Part shown: in pieces, positions 39,010-52,465 of the stretch | Position numbering within the stretch: position 1 is the stretch's first letter | Layout of the letters: the number at the start of each line of letters is the position of its first letter | DNA from: Octopus sinensis | Taxonomy: Eukaryota | Assembly (NCBI RefSeq): GCF_006345805.1 | Contig: NC_043019.1 | Coordinates: forward strand, 13,887,360 to 13,951,359 | DNA: 64,000 nt | Direction: 5' to 3' | The notes under the pieces: generated by a model | Told to the model about the DNA's origin: nothing | The model's input: the letters and a program-made list of their open reading frames with translations, nothing else | Database searches by the model: none | Program-made: the position numbers and the translations under genes

Positions 39010-39378
39010 GAGATATGAGCGGTGGTGGAACGATAGAGCGGTTGTATACTGTCAACTTAACGTGACAGTCCTGTAAAGGGAATCACACCACCGCTATGTA
39101 GCCCTAGGAAGCATCGACGCTTCCCGTCGGCTTTGACACATTTCCTGTACCCTTATATTTGCAAAGGGGAGACAAGCACACGCAACAAGGTAGATCGTTA
39201 GCCACTACACACGTTTTTTTCTCTCCTTGTTTCTCTCCATGTTTTTTCTGTGTCCCTTTCTGTAGAAGAGCGTAGGCTCGAAACGTAAAAGACTTTTTCT
39301 ATTTCTGAGCGTTATACTAATACATCTGTTTGTTTTCTACACCACCTGTCTTCGTCTTTTGTTTTTTTCGTAAACTCT

Positions 39379-39383
<5 letters not shown>
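39010..39383 (+). mobile_element. Penelope-derived element: structured RNA module followed by hammerhead-like motif
   Basis: 39252-39293 reads cuuu-CUGUAGA-A-GAGC(guag)GCUC-GAAACGUA-aaag (A6U variant). The same 3' part recurs at 29491-29606 and 29758-29876. Flanked by (TA)n. Confidence 0.55.
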
Positions 39384-39418
<35 letters not shown>

Positions 39419-40674
39419 ATATATATATAGCTCGTTATTTTCTTGTGTTTTTTTTTCTCTGGTATGTCTTCTCTTTTCATTTGTTGCGGAAAAAAATGAT
39501 TAGTTGAAATTTTAGATGTTTCTGAGGAAACAGAAAATAAACGTTAAGACAAAAAAATGAAATAAAATGAAAAAAAACGAGGAAAACCACACACAAACAC
39601 AAAACAACCACAACCAGAACAACAACAACAGCAACAACACCGGTAGTGCTAGTAGTGATTTAAAACAGTTATTTAAATCGGGTGAAAAAGGAAAAATAAA
39701 AAAAAATGAAAAACTAAAATAAACTTGTGAGATAAAAAAAAATTGAGCTTAAAGAAAGTTTGGTGCTGAATGAAAAGCGTATATGATTAATAAGGGCAAG
39801 GTTCCCAAATCTATTTAGAGATTCATTACTAAGAATAATTGTGAGCAACGAATTCTGAAACGTGGCCATTCACTTGGCCACGTTTACAGTTTCTGAACTT
39901 TTGTAAATGGTGTATTTTTATATCGTTTCAATCAATTTGTTAGACAGCTACGTTTTATCGACCTTAGCGTTAGAAAAACAAAAGAAAATAAAAATTGAAA
40001 AGAAAGGAAAATGTATAAATAAAAAAATGGAAAAATACAAAAAAAAATTGTAAAAAATATAAGAAATAAAAGTAACAATGAAGAAAATGAAAAAAAATGA
40101 AAAAATGAAAAATCTCCCGAAATATATATATTTAAAAAATGGCTTTTGTTTCTAAGAGGTGTAGAGTTATTTTGTTTGGACTGCGCCCATATTGGGGCAC
40201 CGCTTTGAAGGCGTGCGTATGGAAGAAGGTTAGTCGAACAAATCGACTCCCAGTTTTTTTTATTAAAGAAAAAAATGAAATAAAAAATATCAGGTATACT
40301 TTTGCCCAACTGCTTAGTTAGGAGGGGGATGTAAACAATCTAACATCGGTTGTCAAGTGGTGGTGGTAGTGGGACAAACAGAAACACTAGGATAAACACC
40401 CCCACACGCATATTTACGACGAGCTTCCACACAGTTTCCTATTTCTTTATTGTCCACAATGGGCTAAATATAGAAAGGACAAACAATGAGATTAAGTCGA
40501 TTCAGTGCGTAACTGGTACTTAATTTATCGACCCCGAAAAGATGAAAGGCAAAGTCGACCTCGGTGTAATTTGACCTCAGAACGTAACGGCAGACGAAAT
40601 ATTAGGCCCAGATCTATGGTAGAAGATACTTGCCCAGGATGCCGCACATTGAGATGGAACCTGAAGTAAATTAT

Positions 40675-41410
40675 AGAGTAGACATAATATATACTATCAG
40701 ACACTGTACATACCCGTATTCCACAGTAAACCACAGAATATAGTAGAATGTCAGACACGCGATGTACCCGTATTCATAGTATCTCACAGAACACATACTT
40801 TAACGCCGGACTCTCTATGTACCCCTATTTTAAAGTAATCCACAAAACGGTCAAAATAGAATGTCAGACACTGTACATACCCGTTTTCCCCAGTAACCCA
40901 CAGAACAGACATAATAAAATGTAAGACACTGTATGTATCCGTATTTCACAATAATCCACAGAACAGACATGATACAAGGAAAGGCACTGTACGTACCCGT
41001 ATTTCACAGAAACTACAGAATAGACATAATAAACAGTAAGTCACTATATGTACCCGTATTGTGCAGAGACCACAGAACAGACATATTAGACTGTCAGATA
41101 TTATATGCACCCGGATTTCACAGAGACCACAGAACAGACATAATAGAATGTCAGACACGGTATGTACCCGTATTTTATAGAAACCATAGAACAGACATAA
41201 CAGAATATCAGACGCTATGTACCCGCATGTTACAGTGAATCATAAAACATAACATAATGTCCAATACTGTAGGTACCCGTATATTACAGTATTTCATGGA
41301 ACAGACAGTTTAACATCAGATGCGGTATATACCCGTATTTTACAGTAAATCGTGAAAAAAAGACGTAGTAAAATATCATACATTGTCTGTACCCGTAAAT
41401 TTACGGTAAA
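40675..41410. repeat. ~57-bp degenerate minisatellite, ~13 copies
   Basis: TACCCG landmark at 40711, 40765, 40820, 40878, 40936, 40994, 41051, 41108, 41165, 41220, 41274, 41330 and 41390. Confidence 0.85.
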
Positions 41411-42888
41411 TAATGAAAAAATAAATAAATTTATTAATCCTATTTACATGGAATATTTTCTTTTATCGATTACAATAAGCAAAGATTGCAAAAAAATTTT
41501 TTTCAGGAATTGCATAAAAGATCAGATTAAACCCTTTGGCAGCTTGTCTGATTTGGGCAAGTCGGTAAGAGGTCCAAAAAAAAAATAAATAAATAGGTCA
41601 GTAATTATAAACAAACAAAAAAAAAAGAAAAAGAAGCACCCTTTGCATGCAAGCAAGGCGGTCAAAAATGTATATAAAAAGTAAATCTCTTTAAGTCTGG
41701 AAACATAAAATATTGCTAATGTTATAAATGCTGCGAGTCTATAAAATAAAGTTTATAAATGAGTTTGGTTCAGCAGAAGGTGAGTTTTTAACGATTTTAA
41801 AAAAAATTTGACAGCGAAAAAATGTTTTTTAGCTTTCGTGGTAAAATATTATTCCATATGTTAATACTGTTATAAATAAAACGTTTTTTTGACAAATTGA
41901 TACGCGACGAAAGGGCGTTTCAAAATTCAAGTCAGAGACATCTCTTGTTTGGTAGTTATTACGAAGGAGAGAATGGCGACGGATAATTTCATAGAAATCG
42001 CAAAGCAGACGAGACAACTCACTGTAATTACTCGTGTGAAGACGTGGTTACGGTATTCAGTTAAGGAAAGGCGGCGAACTGGCAGAAATGTTAGCACGCC
42101 GGGCGAAATGCTTAGCGGTATTTCGTCTGCCGCTGCGTTGTGAGTTCAAATTCCGCCGAGGTCGGCTTTGCCTTTCATCCTTTCGGGGTCGATTAAATAA
42201 GTACAAGTTACGCACTGGGGTCGATGCAATCGATTTAGTCCCTTTGTCTGTCCTTGTTTGTCCTCTCTGTGCTTAGCCCTTTGTGGGTAGTAAATAAATA
42301 GGTATTTCGTCTGTCGTTACGTTCTGAGTTCAAATTCCGCCGAGGTCGGCTTTGCCTTTCATCCTTTCGGGGTCGATAAATTAAGTACCAGTTACGCACT
42401 GGGGTCGATGTAATCGACTTAATCCGTTTGTCTGTCATTGCTTGTCCTCTCTATGTTTAGCCCCTTGTGGGCAATAAAGAAATATATTATCAAGGAGAGA
42501 ATGGCGACGGATAATTTCAAAGAAATCGCAAAACAGACTAGACAACTCACTGTAATTACTCGTGTGTAGACGTGGTTACGGTATTCAGTTAACAATCATA
42601 AGGTCGTGTGTTCGATTCCCGGTGACTCGTTGTGTCCTCATGTAAGACACTTTATTTCACGTTGCTCCAGTCCACGCAACTGTCAATAATAAGTTGTACC
42701 TGACTTTCAAAGAGGTCAGCCTTGTCACACACTGTGTCACACTGTGTCACCCTGAGAACTACGTTAAGAGTACATGTGTCTGTGGAGTACTCAGCCACTT
42801 ACATGTTAATTTCCCGAGCAGGCTTTTCCGTTGATCGGATCAACAGGAACACTGACCGTCGGTACCGACGGAGGACCAGTTATTGTAT

Positions 42889-42988
42889 NNNNNNNNNNNN
42901 NNNNNNNNNNNNNNNNNNNNNNNNNNNNNNNNNNNNNNNNNNNNNNNNNNNNNNNNNNNNNNNNNNNNNNNNNNNNNNNNNNNNNNNN
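42889..42988. other. Assembly gap (100 N)
   Basis: Run of N. Confidence 1.
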
Positions 42989-43402
42989 GTTGTTCAAATA
43001 CCCGTTACAAAGATGAAGTCACATAACAGATATTCAACAGAAATTAGCTCGGAAGAATTTCTGAAAAAATAATGTTACAAATTCCGTGAGCTGAACTCAG
43101 CTGTAAAAGACAAAAAAAAAAAAAAAAATTAAGGGGTTGGAGTGGTGGGGGGGGGGTACCTAGCTATGGTAAACCATTTTTAATCTAATTTCAGTTTCCG
43201 ATTTCAGTGGGACCCTTTCTATTATTGTGCTTCTTTCTTTCTTTCTTTCTTTCTTTCATTCTTTCTTTCTTTCTTCCTCACCTTTTTTTGTCTCTGCATT
43301 TATAGCTATCTTTCTGTCTATGACCATCTACCTCTCTCTCTCTCTGCCTCTTTCTGTCTCTCTCTCCCTCTTTACCGCGGTCTCTCTCTCCCTCCTCCTC
43401 TG

Positions 43403-43433
<31 letters not shown>

Positions 43434-44657
43434 TCCTACCCTCTCTCTCTCTCTGTCTCTTTCTCTCTCTCTATCACACCACCGTAACATATCCCTGTCG
43501 GGTTTTTTTCCCCTACTGCCGCTCTTTCACGTCGATCAAAGTACCTCGCTAGGAGACTGTGTTTATTTATTCATAATTAAATAAACATACTTGCAGGCGA
43601 AGGGAATTCGGAGGGAAGTGGTGGGGTGGTGTTTTATTATTCTTTTTATATATATATATATTTTTTTCATTTTATTTTTTCATTTACACTGCTTAAGGCA
43701 AGTGGAGAGTGAAATGAAGTTAAAGAAGAGAGAGAGAGAGAGAAATAAAACACAAAAAACACACAAAAGAGTGCTCGCCGTTACGAGAAGAAATCCTCTA
43801 AGATGGAATAGGAAAGAATAAGAAGAGTAAAAGACCCCTTTTTTTTTCACTAATCATACAGATGCAACAAGCAAAGCAAATGTTGCTCGGGTGGATAGAG
43901 GGTGGGACTGACGGGTGGTAGGTATGTATATACTATATCATGGTGTGGTATTGTGCGGTGGTGTATACGTGTTTCTGTGGGGGATAGGGAAATGAAGGCG
44001 TTGGAGGTACGGGTGGGTGGGCGGACGGGTAGGCGGAGGGGGGATTACCTCAGCCAAGTAGGGAAATGAGGGCGTTGGGGTGGGTGCGGGTGGGCGGACG
44101 GACGGGTAGGCGGAGGTGGGGGTGGGGGTTACCTCAGCCAAGTGCAGTTGGTGATATTAACCATGTGGTGTGGGTATGTTCCTACGATTGATGGTACAAT
44201 TGAATCAAAGACCAACAGTATGAAAAAATTCTCCCTCTCACACAGTGAAAGCTAAACTTTACTGCCCCACCCTCTCTATCTCTGACTCCGTCTCTATCTC
44301 TAAGCCTCTTACCATTCTCTCATACACACGTCATTTCATCTCTTTCGCTTTCCTCTCTTCATACTCTCAACGCTCTCTCTTCTCTCTCTCTCTCTCTCTC
44401 TATCCTTCCGTCTCTTTCCATAAGCAGTCATTTTGTCGCCCTCTGTCTCTCTCCTTCAAGTAAATACCCTCCTAATCTCTCCATTATTATTATCATTATT
44501 ATTCTGCAGCTAGTTTGATTAACGGAGCTGCAGCCCTGGGTAAAACAGAGACAGAAGGGGGAGCATTTGGAAAGTGGAATGTCTTTAAGCGCCCATAGCC
44601 CTCAGCCAACCGGACAGAGCGATAAATGGAACGTCCGCTTTAGCATTTTATAGAGGA

Positions 44658-45048
44658 CTAGCAGTATCGCCCGGCGTTGCTCAGGTTTGTTTCGACCCTT
44701 TAGAATTGGAATTTCTTAAAAGTAAAAATTTTGCATTATGTAGCTTGTTATTCTCTTTAAGTGAATATTTGTCTGCTTGAAATACACCGAAAAATGGCGA
44801 CACAGCAGTCAAAAAATCGTTAAAAAATAGGGATTTTCATAGAAAAAAAACACCTTTTTGATGTAAATATTTTTTGGTGTTAACATGGTCCGATTTGAAT
44901 TTTTTCTCCTACGGAAGGAAGAGCAAGCCTTCTTCTATCATACTCTCAATTTTGGTCAACTTGCGCCGCAGGATCTCGGAAGAGATAGTGTTAGTTGAAG
45001 GCTACCAAACCTGCCATACACAGACAACTTCAGCATTATATATGTAGA
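44658..45048 (-). mobile_element. Non-autonomous Helitron
   Basis: Minus strand starts TCTACATATATAATG and ends with a GC-rich hairpin CCTGAGCAACGCCGGG followed by CTAG|T. Confidence 0.7.
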
Positions 45049-45660
45049 GGATTAGTGGAGGAAAAGTGCGACAACGTTCTTGAGGAGACCTTGAGTGTCG
45101 AAGAAAATCAGCTAGTCGCTCTTTTCCGAAGAACTTTCAGGCTGGGACCGATGGATAGTGACGAGACGGTCCTGCATGCACTCGTCCAGTGTCCGAACAT
45201 TGCTGTTCTGTGGGTTTACGTTGAACGTCCGCTGTCGCGTGTAGGACGGATCCGACTGTCAACTGAATCCATCGTGAAGATCGCCCCACCGCCTTCCTTT
45301 AACCAGGAAGGAAAGCCTGTTTTTATATGCATGGTGGCCATGGCGAAAGAGATTGTATGGTGGACGAGATTGAAGGGGCTTTTTGTCCAATCCCTGATGA
45401 ACTTCTGCAAGTTTCACTTGAAAAAGAAAATAAGGGTAGAGAGGGAAGTGATGTCTTCTGGTCAGTTTGCTGAAGGGTGGATGAAAGTGGCGAGAATGGT
45501 GCGAGTGAACGGGCTTGCCCTGAGCATACGACTGTAGTTGCAAAAAAAAAAGAAAGAAAAAAGGCACCTGCCCCCAAAGTCAGGATACTCATGGGTTTTT
45601 TTATGCGATTTTCCATGAGCAGCCCTCGGACGTCTTCTCCCGATTGAGGATTACACATTA
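45049..45660 (+). mobile_element. 3' fragment of L1/Tx1-type LINE ORF2
   Basis: ETVLHALVQCP (C-terminal zinc-knuckle ET..H....CP) and AKEIVWWTR (AK..IW..R) motifs; stop at 45537. Confidence 0.75.
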
Positions 45661-45843
45661 TTGAGTTTTTAGAATGTTGTTAAGTCTTGTTTACAAGAAA
45701 ACCCTCACAACAACATACACTTACACACATACACACACACATTCTTTTGTTTGTCTTGTGCTGTCCATAATGTCTTTTCTCTTAATGGAAACTCTTGTGC
45801 CCAATAAAGAAAGTATTATTATTATTATTATTATTATTTATTA

Positions 45844-45885
<42 letters not shown>

Positions 45886-46392
45886 AGACGGTGGGTTGGC
45901 AGAATCGTTAAGCACGCTGGGCAAAATACTTAGGGACATTTCATTCGTCTTTACGTTCTAAGTTCAAAGTCCGCCGAGGTTGACTTTGCCTTTTATTCTT
46001 TCGGGGTCGATAAATTAAGCACCAGTTGCGTACTGGGGTGGATCTGATCGACTGGCCCCACACCCCTAAAATTTCGGGCTTTAAACCTAGAGTAGAAAAG
46101 AATCGTCAGCACGCTGGATGAAATGTTTAGCACTCTTTCGCCCGTCATTCCGTTCTGAGTTCAAATTCTACCACGGTCAACTTTGCCTTTCGTCCCCTCA
46201 GGGTTGTTGTAATCGACTCATCCCCTCCACCAAAATTGCTGCCCTTGTAAAATTTGAAACCATTATTATCTGCAAAATCGTAAGCAGGTAATTATCGTAA
46301 AATATAATTATAAACAGGTGTGCGTATATATGCATATTCTTATATACATACGCACACATATATACATGTATATATAAATACACATACATATG

Positions 46393-46437
<45 letters not shown>

Positions 46438-46554
46438 CTATGTACATGTATATATACACATTGTATATATACACATACATATATATATACATTATACACA
46501 GGTGTATATATACACACATAAGTATAAATACATTATGTATACATGTATATATAT

Positions 46555-46595
<41 letters not shown>

Positions 46596-47941
46596 GACAC
46601 ATACATATACACATACACACATACATACATACATTACATACATACATTCATACATATATACATACATTCATACATTCATACATACATACATACATACATA
46701 CAAACATACATATATAAATACATACAAACATACACATACACACATACATACATACATACATTACATACATTCATACATACATACATACATACATTCATAC
46801 ATACACATACATACATACATACATACATACATACATACATACATACATTCATTCATTCATTCATACATACATACATACATATACATATGCATTCTATGAT
46901 GCACTTGAAAGTAAACTTAAGATTTTTAGATTCAGTGAATACAGAGAGTCTAATAACACTAAATGAAACAAAAATAAATCTAACAACTGTAACTAATTGC
47001 TTTTTTAATTAAAATCTCTTTATGGGCAGTTTTTATTTCCTGAAGAGGTCCTACTAAGTTCTGAAACCAGTCGCACTGATTTCTATCTACGGAAAAAAAA
47101 ATTGCATAAAAATAACATCTGTTTACAATTCTCCACGGTATTTTATTTAGGTTAGTTAATAAAAACAAGTAATTACGGCCCAGAAACTTTAATTTTTTTT
47201 TTTTTTTTTTTTTGATAAAAGGGTAAAGATCCCCTTCAGTCATAAATGACCATGGGATTGCACCTAGGAAGTTCCCCTCCTAGATACTATCCGGGCAAGT
47301 TTGCTTATGGAAGACCAGCAGTCACCCGTGCATACCGGTCTCCCTTCTCCATGCCACCAATGTTATCCAAGGGAAAGGCAACGGCCGATACAGCTTGGCA
47401 CCAGTGAGACCGCAGCTCATTTCTACAGCCAAGTGAATGTATGTATATATATATATATATAATATATATATATATATATAATATATAATATATATATATA
47501 TATAATATATATATGTGTGTGTGTGTGTTTGTGTTTGTGTATGTCCCCTACATCGCTTGACAACCGATGCTGTTGTGTTTAAGGCCCCGTAACTTAGCGG
47601 TTCGGCAAAAGAGGACCGATAGAATAAATACTAGGCTTGCAAAGAATAAGTCCTGGGATCGATTGGCTCGACTAAAGGCGGTGCTCCAGCATGGCCACAG
47701 TCAAATGACTGAAACAAGTAAAAGAGTAAGTATTTCTTGCGAAAATCAGCTACTTTCTCTAAAATTTTAAATAATTTAACGAGTTTCTGACCGAAAAATT
47801 CAGGAAAATTTTGAAAGAAGTTTCTATAAAATAGTTTGTAAACATCATATGGCTATAGGGGACCACCAGCATAAAACAGTAATCGAAGGTGGTCATAGGT
47901 AAAAAAATGTTTGAGAACCATTGCGATAAATATTGGGTCAT

Positions 47942-48352
47942 ATAGGCGCAGGAGTGGCTGTGTGGTAAGTAGCTTGCTAACCAACCACATGGTTCCGGGT
48001 TCAGTCCCACTGCGTGGCATCTTGGGCAAGTGTCTTCTGCTATAGCCCCGGGCCGACCAATGCCTTGTGAGTGGATTTGGTAGGTGGAAACTGAAAGAAG
48101 CCCGTCGTATATATGTATATATATATATATGTGTGTGTGTGCGTGTATGTTTGTGTGTCTGTGTTTGTCCCCCTAGCATTGCTTGACAACCGATGCTGGT
48201 GTGTTTACGTCCCCGTTACTTAGCGGTTCGGCAAAAGAGACCGATAGAATAAGTACTGGGCTTACAAAAGAATAAGTCCCGGGGTCGAGTTGCTCGATTA
48301 AAGGCGGTGCTCCAGCATGGCCGCAGTCAAATGACTGAAACAAGTAAAGAGT
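47942..48352 (+). mobile_element. Full-length tRNA-derived SINE with internal (TA)(TG) tract (Ceph-domain-like; family name from memory)
   Basis: taggcgcaggagtggctgtgtggtaag...gccttgtgagtggatttggtag...gcagtcaaatgactgaaacaagtaaa. Copies at 26556-26950, 28720-29245, 62877-63316 (+) and 31398-31802, 35835-36202 (-). Confidence 0.8.
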
Positions 48353-48528
48353 ATACCGTAAATAATGCGGTTTTTTCAATTGCATGAACTAAAAGTCGGG
48401 AGGGTGTTGGGATAAACTACCTGCATCAACTTGCTATAAAAGCAGGTAATAGTTTTACCTTTTACTTATTCTTAGTGCAAATTTTGAAGGGTGCAGTTTG
48501 ATTTTAGTTATTTTTTTTCAAAGCTATA

Positions 48529-48682
48529 ATGGAAGTGACAAAGGAGCATATTCGGCATATTTCGCTTTTTAATTTCAATAAAAGCAACAACGCAACGGAA
48601 AGTGCGAGGAATGTTTATGCAGTCTATGGAGACCGGGAAAAAGCGTAAGCTTGTGTCAACGGTGGATCTGGAAATTCCGACG
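48529..48682 (+). pseudogene. Mariner transposase N-terminal fragment
   Basis: MEVTKEHIRHISLFNFNKSNNATESARNVYAVYGD, then frameshifted CQRWIWKFR; matches the mariner HTH region. Confidence 0.8.
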
Positions 48683-48783
48683 AGGACGATGACAACAACA
48701 GTAGCAGTAGCAGCAGGATGCAGCTTAGCAACAAGTTTCATAAACGAGTGGTAACATCACTTGATGAGAGAAGAGTGGGGGAA

Positions 48784-48844
<61 letters not shown>

Positions 48845-49018
48845 GGAGCGAGAGAGACAGAAAGAGAAAATGAGAAAGACAGAGAGAGAGAGAGAGAGAG
48901 AGAGAGTGAAAGAAAGAGAGAGTAAGATGAGTTCGATTCCAGACCAGAATTTCTTCCGCATCTGATTTCTATGGATTATTCTAGAACAACTAAAAGATTC
49001 TTACAGAAATAAAGTATA

Positions 49019-49050
<32 letters not shown>

Positions 49051-49054
<4 letters not shown>

Positions 49055-49430
49055 AATGTGACCGCGTGTGTACCGTTGGCGATTTTTTTCCCCTATCTTC
49101 CCTTCTCTGGATATTTCCTTTCCTATGTTACGACGAAGAGCTCCGCTCGAAACGTTACACCCTCCTTCTTTCCCTTTTCTGAGCGTCCAATAATACTATA
49201 TTTGTTCCACGTCCTCGCGTTGTTGTTTTTTTGGTGCTTCTGGTTGATTAATATATATGGAGGGCTGGCCGTGATCTAGTAATCTCAAGATAATCAGCCG
49301 AAATTACTACGATGATCCGGTTCTTGACTGAAGACTGAGGGTCGAATCGTCCTCCTGTCCATGTTTATTGTATCGTCTTCTAAGAGTTATACGTTCTTGT
49401 CCATGTTGTATTTTTCTACATACCGTAATA
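49051..49430 (+). mobile_element. Two adjacent degenerate hammerhead-type short elements in a (TA)n tract
   Basis: 49126-49160 reads ACGACGA-A-GAGC(ucc)GCUC-GAAACGUU. From 49259 a 5'-truncated GGA-G-GGCUG...CAGCC-GAAA motif follows. Confidence 0.4.
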
Positions 49431-49438
49431 TATATATA

Positions 49439-49505
<67 letters not shown>

Positions 49506-49950
49506 CATCGTATGAAGCTGTTTTAGCAGGTTAGACTTCCAACCAAGGTGAAGATGAAAGATGGGCGAAGGACCTCGAAGTAAAAACAGCTTAAAAGTCC
49601 TACAGTCTCTCCTTTCCAGTAATGTCAGAGGTGAAGATCATAAAAAAAACTAAGAAGCATTCTCTTTCTCTTCGGCAAAGAAAAGAAGACAGTTCGTGGG
49701 TGTGACATTATCGTTATTATTATTATCGTCGTATTTTTATCAGCTTATTATTATCGCTAGGTCAATGGAAACTGATAACAACATCTGCAACGCTATGATT
49801 ATCTCCGCATGATGAAATAATGTCGGTATGCCCATGTATATGTAAGTGTAGGTGTATAGGATTGTGCCCATGTGTATATATGTGCCCATGTGTATATATA
49901 TATGCCCATGTGTATATATATATGTGCTCATGTGTATGTCCGTGTTCATG

Positions 49951-50006
<56 letters not shown>

Positions 50007-50343
50007 GTGTTCGTGTATATGTGTCCATGTGTGTATGTGTATCCGTGCGCAGGAATGTGTATGTTCGTGCATATGTGTCGCTTGTGTGTGTGTGTGTGTG
50101 TGTGTGTCTGTCGCGCGCGCGGGCGAGCGCACTTGCATGTATGCGTTGTATATATGTGCGCGCTTGCATGTGTGTGTGTGTGTCAGTGGGTGTGTCAGTG
50201 TGTTGTATGCGCGCTTTCGTGTGTGTGTATGTGTGAGCGCGCGCGTCGTGCATGTATTGTCTGTGTGTATATGTGTGTATATGTCATGTATGCGTACATA
50301 TGTGTGTGGATGTTCGCGCACTTGTATGTGTGTGTGTGTGTGT

Positions 50344-50386
<43 letters not shown>

Positions 50387-50584
50387 TGTGTGTGCGTGCT
50401 TGTATCTTAAGGCATATGTGGACGGAGGCGCCGAACGAAAAGTCGAAATGGTTTTGAAACACGAGAAAACAAAAGCGAATGTTCGGCCACCTGTAAGTAA
50501 TTTGAAAGATTGTCGACTGACTCAATTAGCAAGCGAGGAGCTGTTTGCTTGTTCGGAAAGCTAAATAAACAACGACGACAAATA

Positions 50585-51016
50585 GAAAACAACAACAGCA
50601 ACAGCAACAACAACAACAACAACAACCACGACGACGGCGACGACGATCACGACCCAACCACCACCACCACCACCACCACCACCACCGCCTCCACCATAAT
50701 AACCACCGCCAACACCGTAATGAGAACAACCACCACTACCACCACTATCAGCATCGCCACCACCGCCACAACCATCACTGCCACCACCACCACTACCAAA
50801 ATAACAACCACCACCGCCACTACCATAGCCACTACCACAACCACCACAACCACCACAACCGCCATAACAACAACCACCATCACCATCACAACTACCACCA
50901 CCATAACAACTATCACCGCCACCACAACCATCACCGCCACTACCACAGCTATCACAACAACCACTACCACATCCACTACAACCGCCACCTCTACTACTAC
51001 CACTACTACTACTATA
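50585..51016. repeat. Cryptic (ACC/ACA/ACT)n simple repeat
   Basis: Direct reading; a similar tract lies at 53860-54430. Confidence 0.9.
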
Positions 51017-51370
51017 TGCTAGCTGTAAATGAAGAAAAAACCAAAAAAAGCGAAGATTACAAGTGGTGAAGAATCATAATTTTGCGTCGTGGGATCGCAT
51101 CAGGCACTACTCAGTGACTTACCACCACCACCATCATCGTCACCATGACCATTACTACTTCCATCATCCGAAACGATGGAAGTAAATTTGACCATGGTGC
51201 ACTTTGAACTCAGAACGTAAAGAACTGGAAGAAATACCACTAAGTATTTTCTCCGATGCAGTAACGATTCTGCCAGTTCGCCGCCTTTAATATTATTTCT
51301 AATTTTGGTACAAGACCAGCAGTTTTAGGGGGAGGGGCAGTCGATTACCTCGACTCCAGTAATTTCATCG

Positions 51371-52465
51371 ACGATTTTTTCAGTTTTGATCACAGATTTT
51401 TTAATTGTTATTTTTTAACTAAACAGTTTGAAATTTCGTATACTGGTGTAATTTCTCACGCTGAACACAGCTTACTTTCATCATTTTTGAAAAAAATTCG
51501 TATTTTAGAAGTTATTTTGTGTTAAAGTTGTATTTGGGAAATTTTAACCAATCAACGACGTGTATTCTGCTGAAGAATGTTGCTGCTGTTTGCGAAAGTA
51601 ATCGAAGGGCAACCACTTCCGGGTCATCTCTACTAAATGTCACCACTCTCTTCTATTTTATTTTTGTTTACTGCCTGTGTTGCATATTAGATGATTTTTT
51701 TGATTTTTTTGCTTTTAGATCAGTTAAAATATTTGGTAGTTTTAACTCCAATAGATGCTAGGAATATTTAACCGGCATTTCCAGCAGCTCGCTATTCTAC
51801 TTTAGTTCTTTGGTGGTTTCATTTTGTAAGAAAATACTTCCTTGAAAAAAAAAATAGATAAGAAAAATAAAGCGTGTAATAAGTACTAGTCGAGCACTGG
51901 GGTCGATGTAATCGACTTAGCCCCCTTCCCCAAAATTGCTGGCCTTGTGCCAAAATTTGAAACCACTTAAGGCAGCAAGCTGGCAGAATTTTTAGCATGA
52001 CGGGACAAATGCTTCATGATATTCCATCTGTCTTTACGTTCTGTGTTCAAATTCAACCGAGGTTGGCTTTATTTTTCATCTTTCGGGGTCGATAAAATGA
52101 GTACCAGTTAAGCACTGGGGTCGATGTAATCGACTTAGCCCCACCCCTGAGGGCAGTGAACAAAAATAAAATAAAACAGAGTGGTGACATTTAGTAGAGA
52201 TGACCCGGAAGTTGTTGCTCGTCGATTAATTTCGCAAACAGCAGTAACTTTTTTCAGCTGAATACACGTCGTTGATTGGTTAAAATTACCCAAATACGAC
52301 AACTTTAACACAAAATAACTTCTAAAATACGAAATTTTGTCAAAAAATGTTGAAATTAAACCGTGTTCAACGTGAGAAATTACACCAGTATGCGAAATTT
52401 CAAACTGTTTAGTTAAAAAAAAAAAGAATAATTAAAAAATCTGTGATTGAAACTGAAGAGATCCT
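51371..52465. mobile_element. Long-TIR MITE (~305-bp arms) inserted in a SINE
   Basis: 51371-51675 is the reverse complement of 52152-52465. Flanked by CATCG on both sides (or ATC if the termini are G...C). Confidence 0.8.

Noticed and set aside
40675-41410. CRISPR-like or coding repeat
   Set aside because: Whole units are homologous with variable length and frameshifts; a minisatellite.
50510-51022. Thr-rich mucin-like ORF, and the Pro/His/Thr-rich ORFs at 53879-54498
   Set aside because: Stop-poor (ACC)n simple repeats open in several frames and running into SINEs; no splice or signal support.
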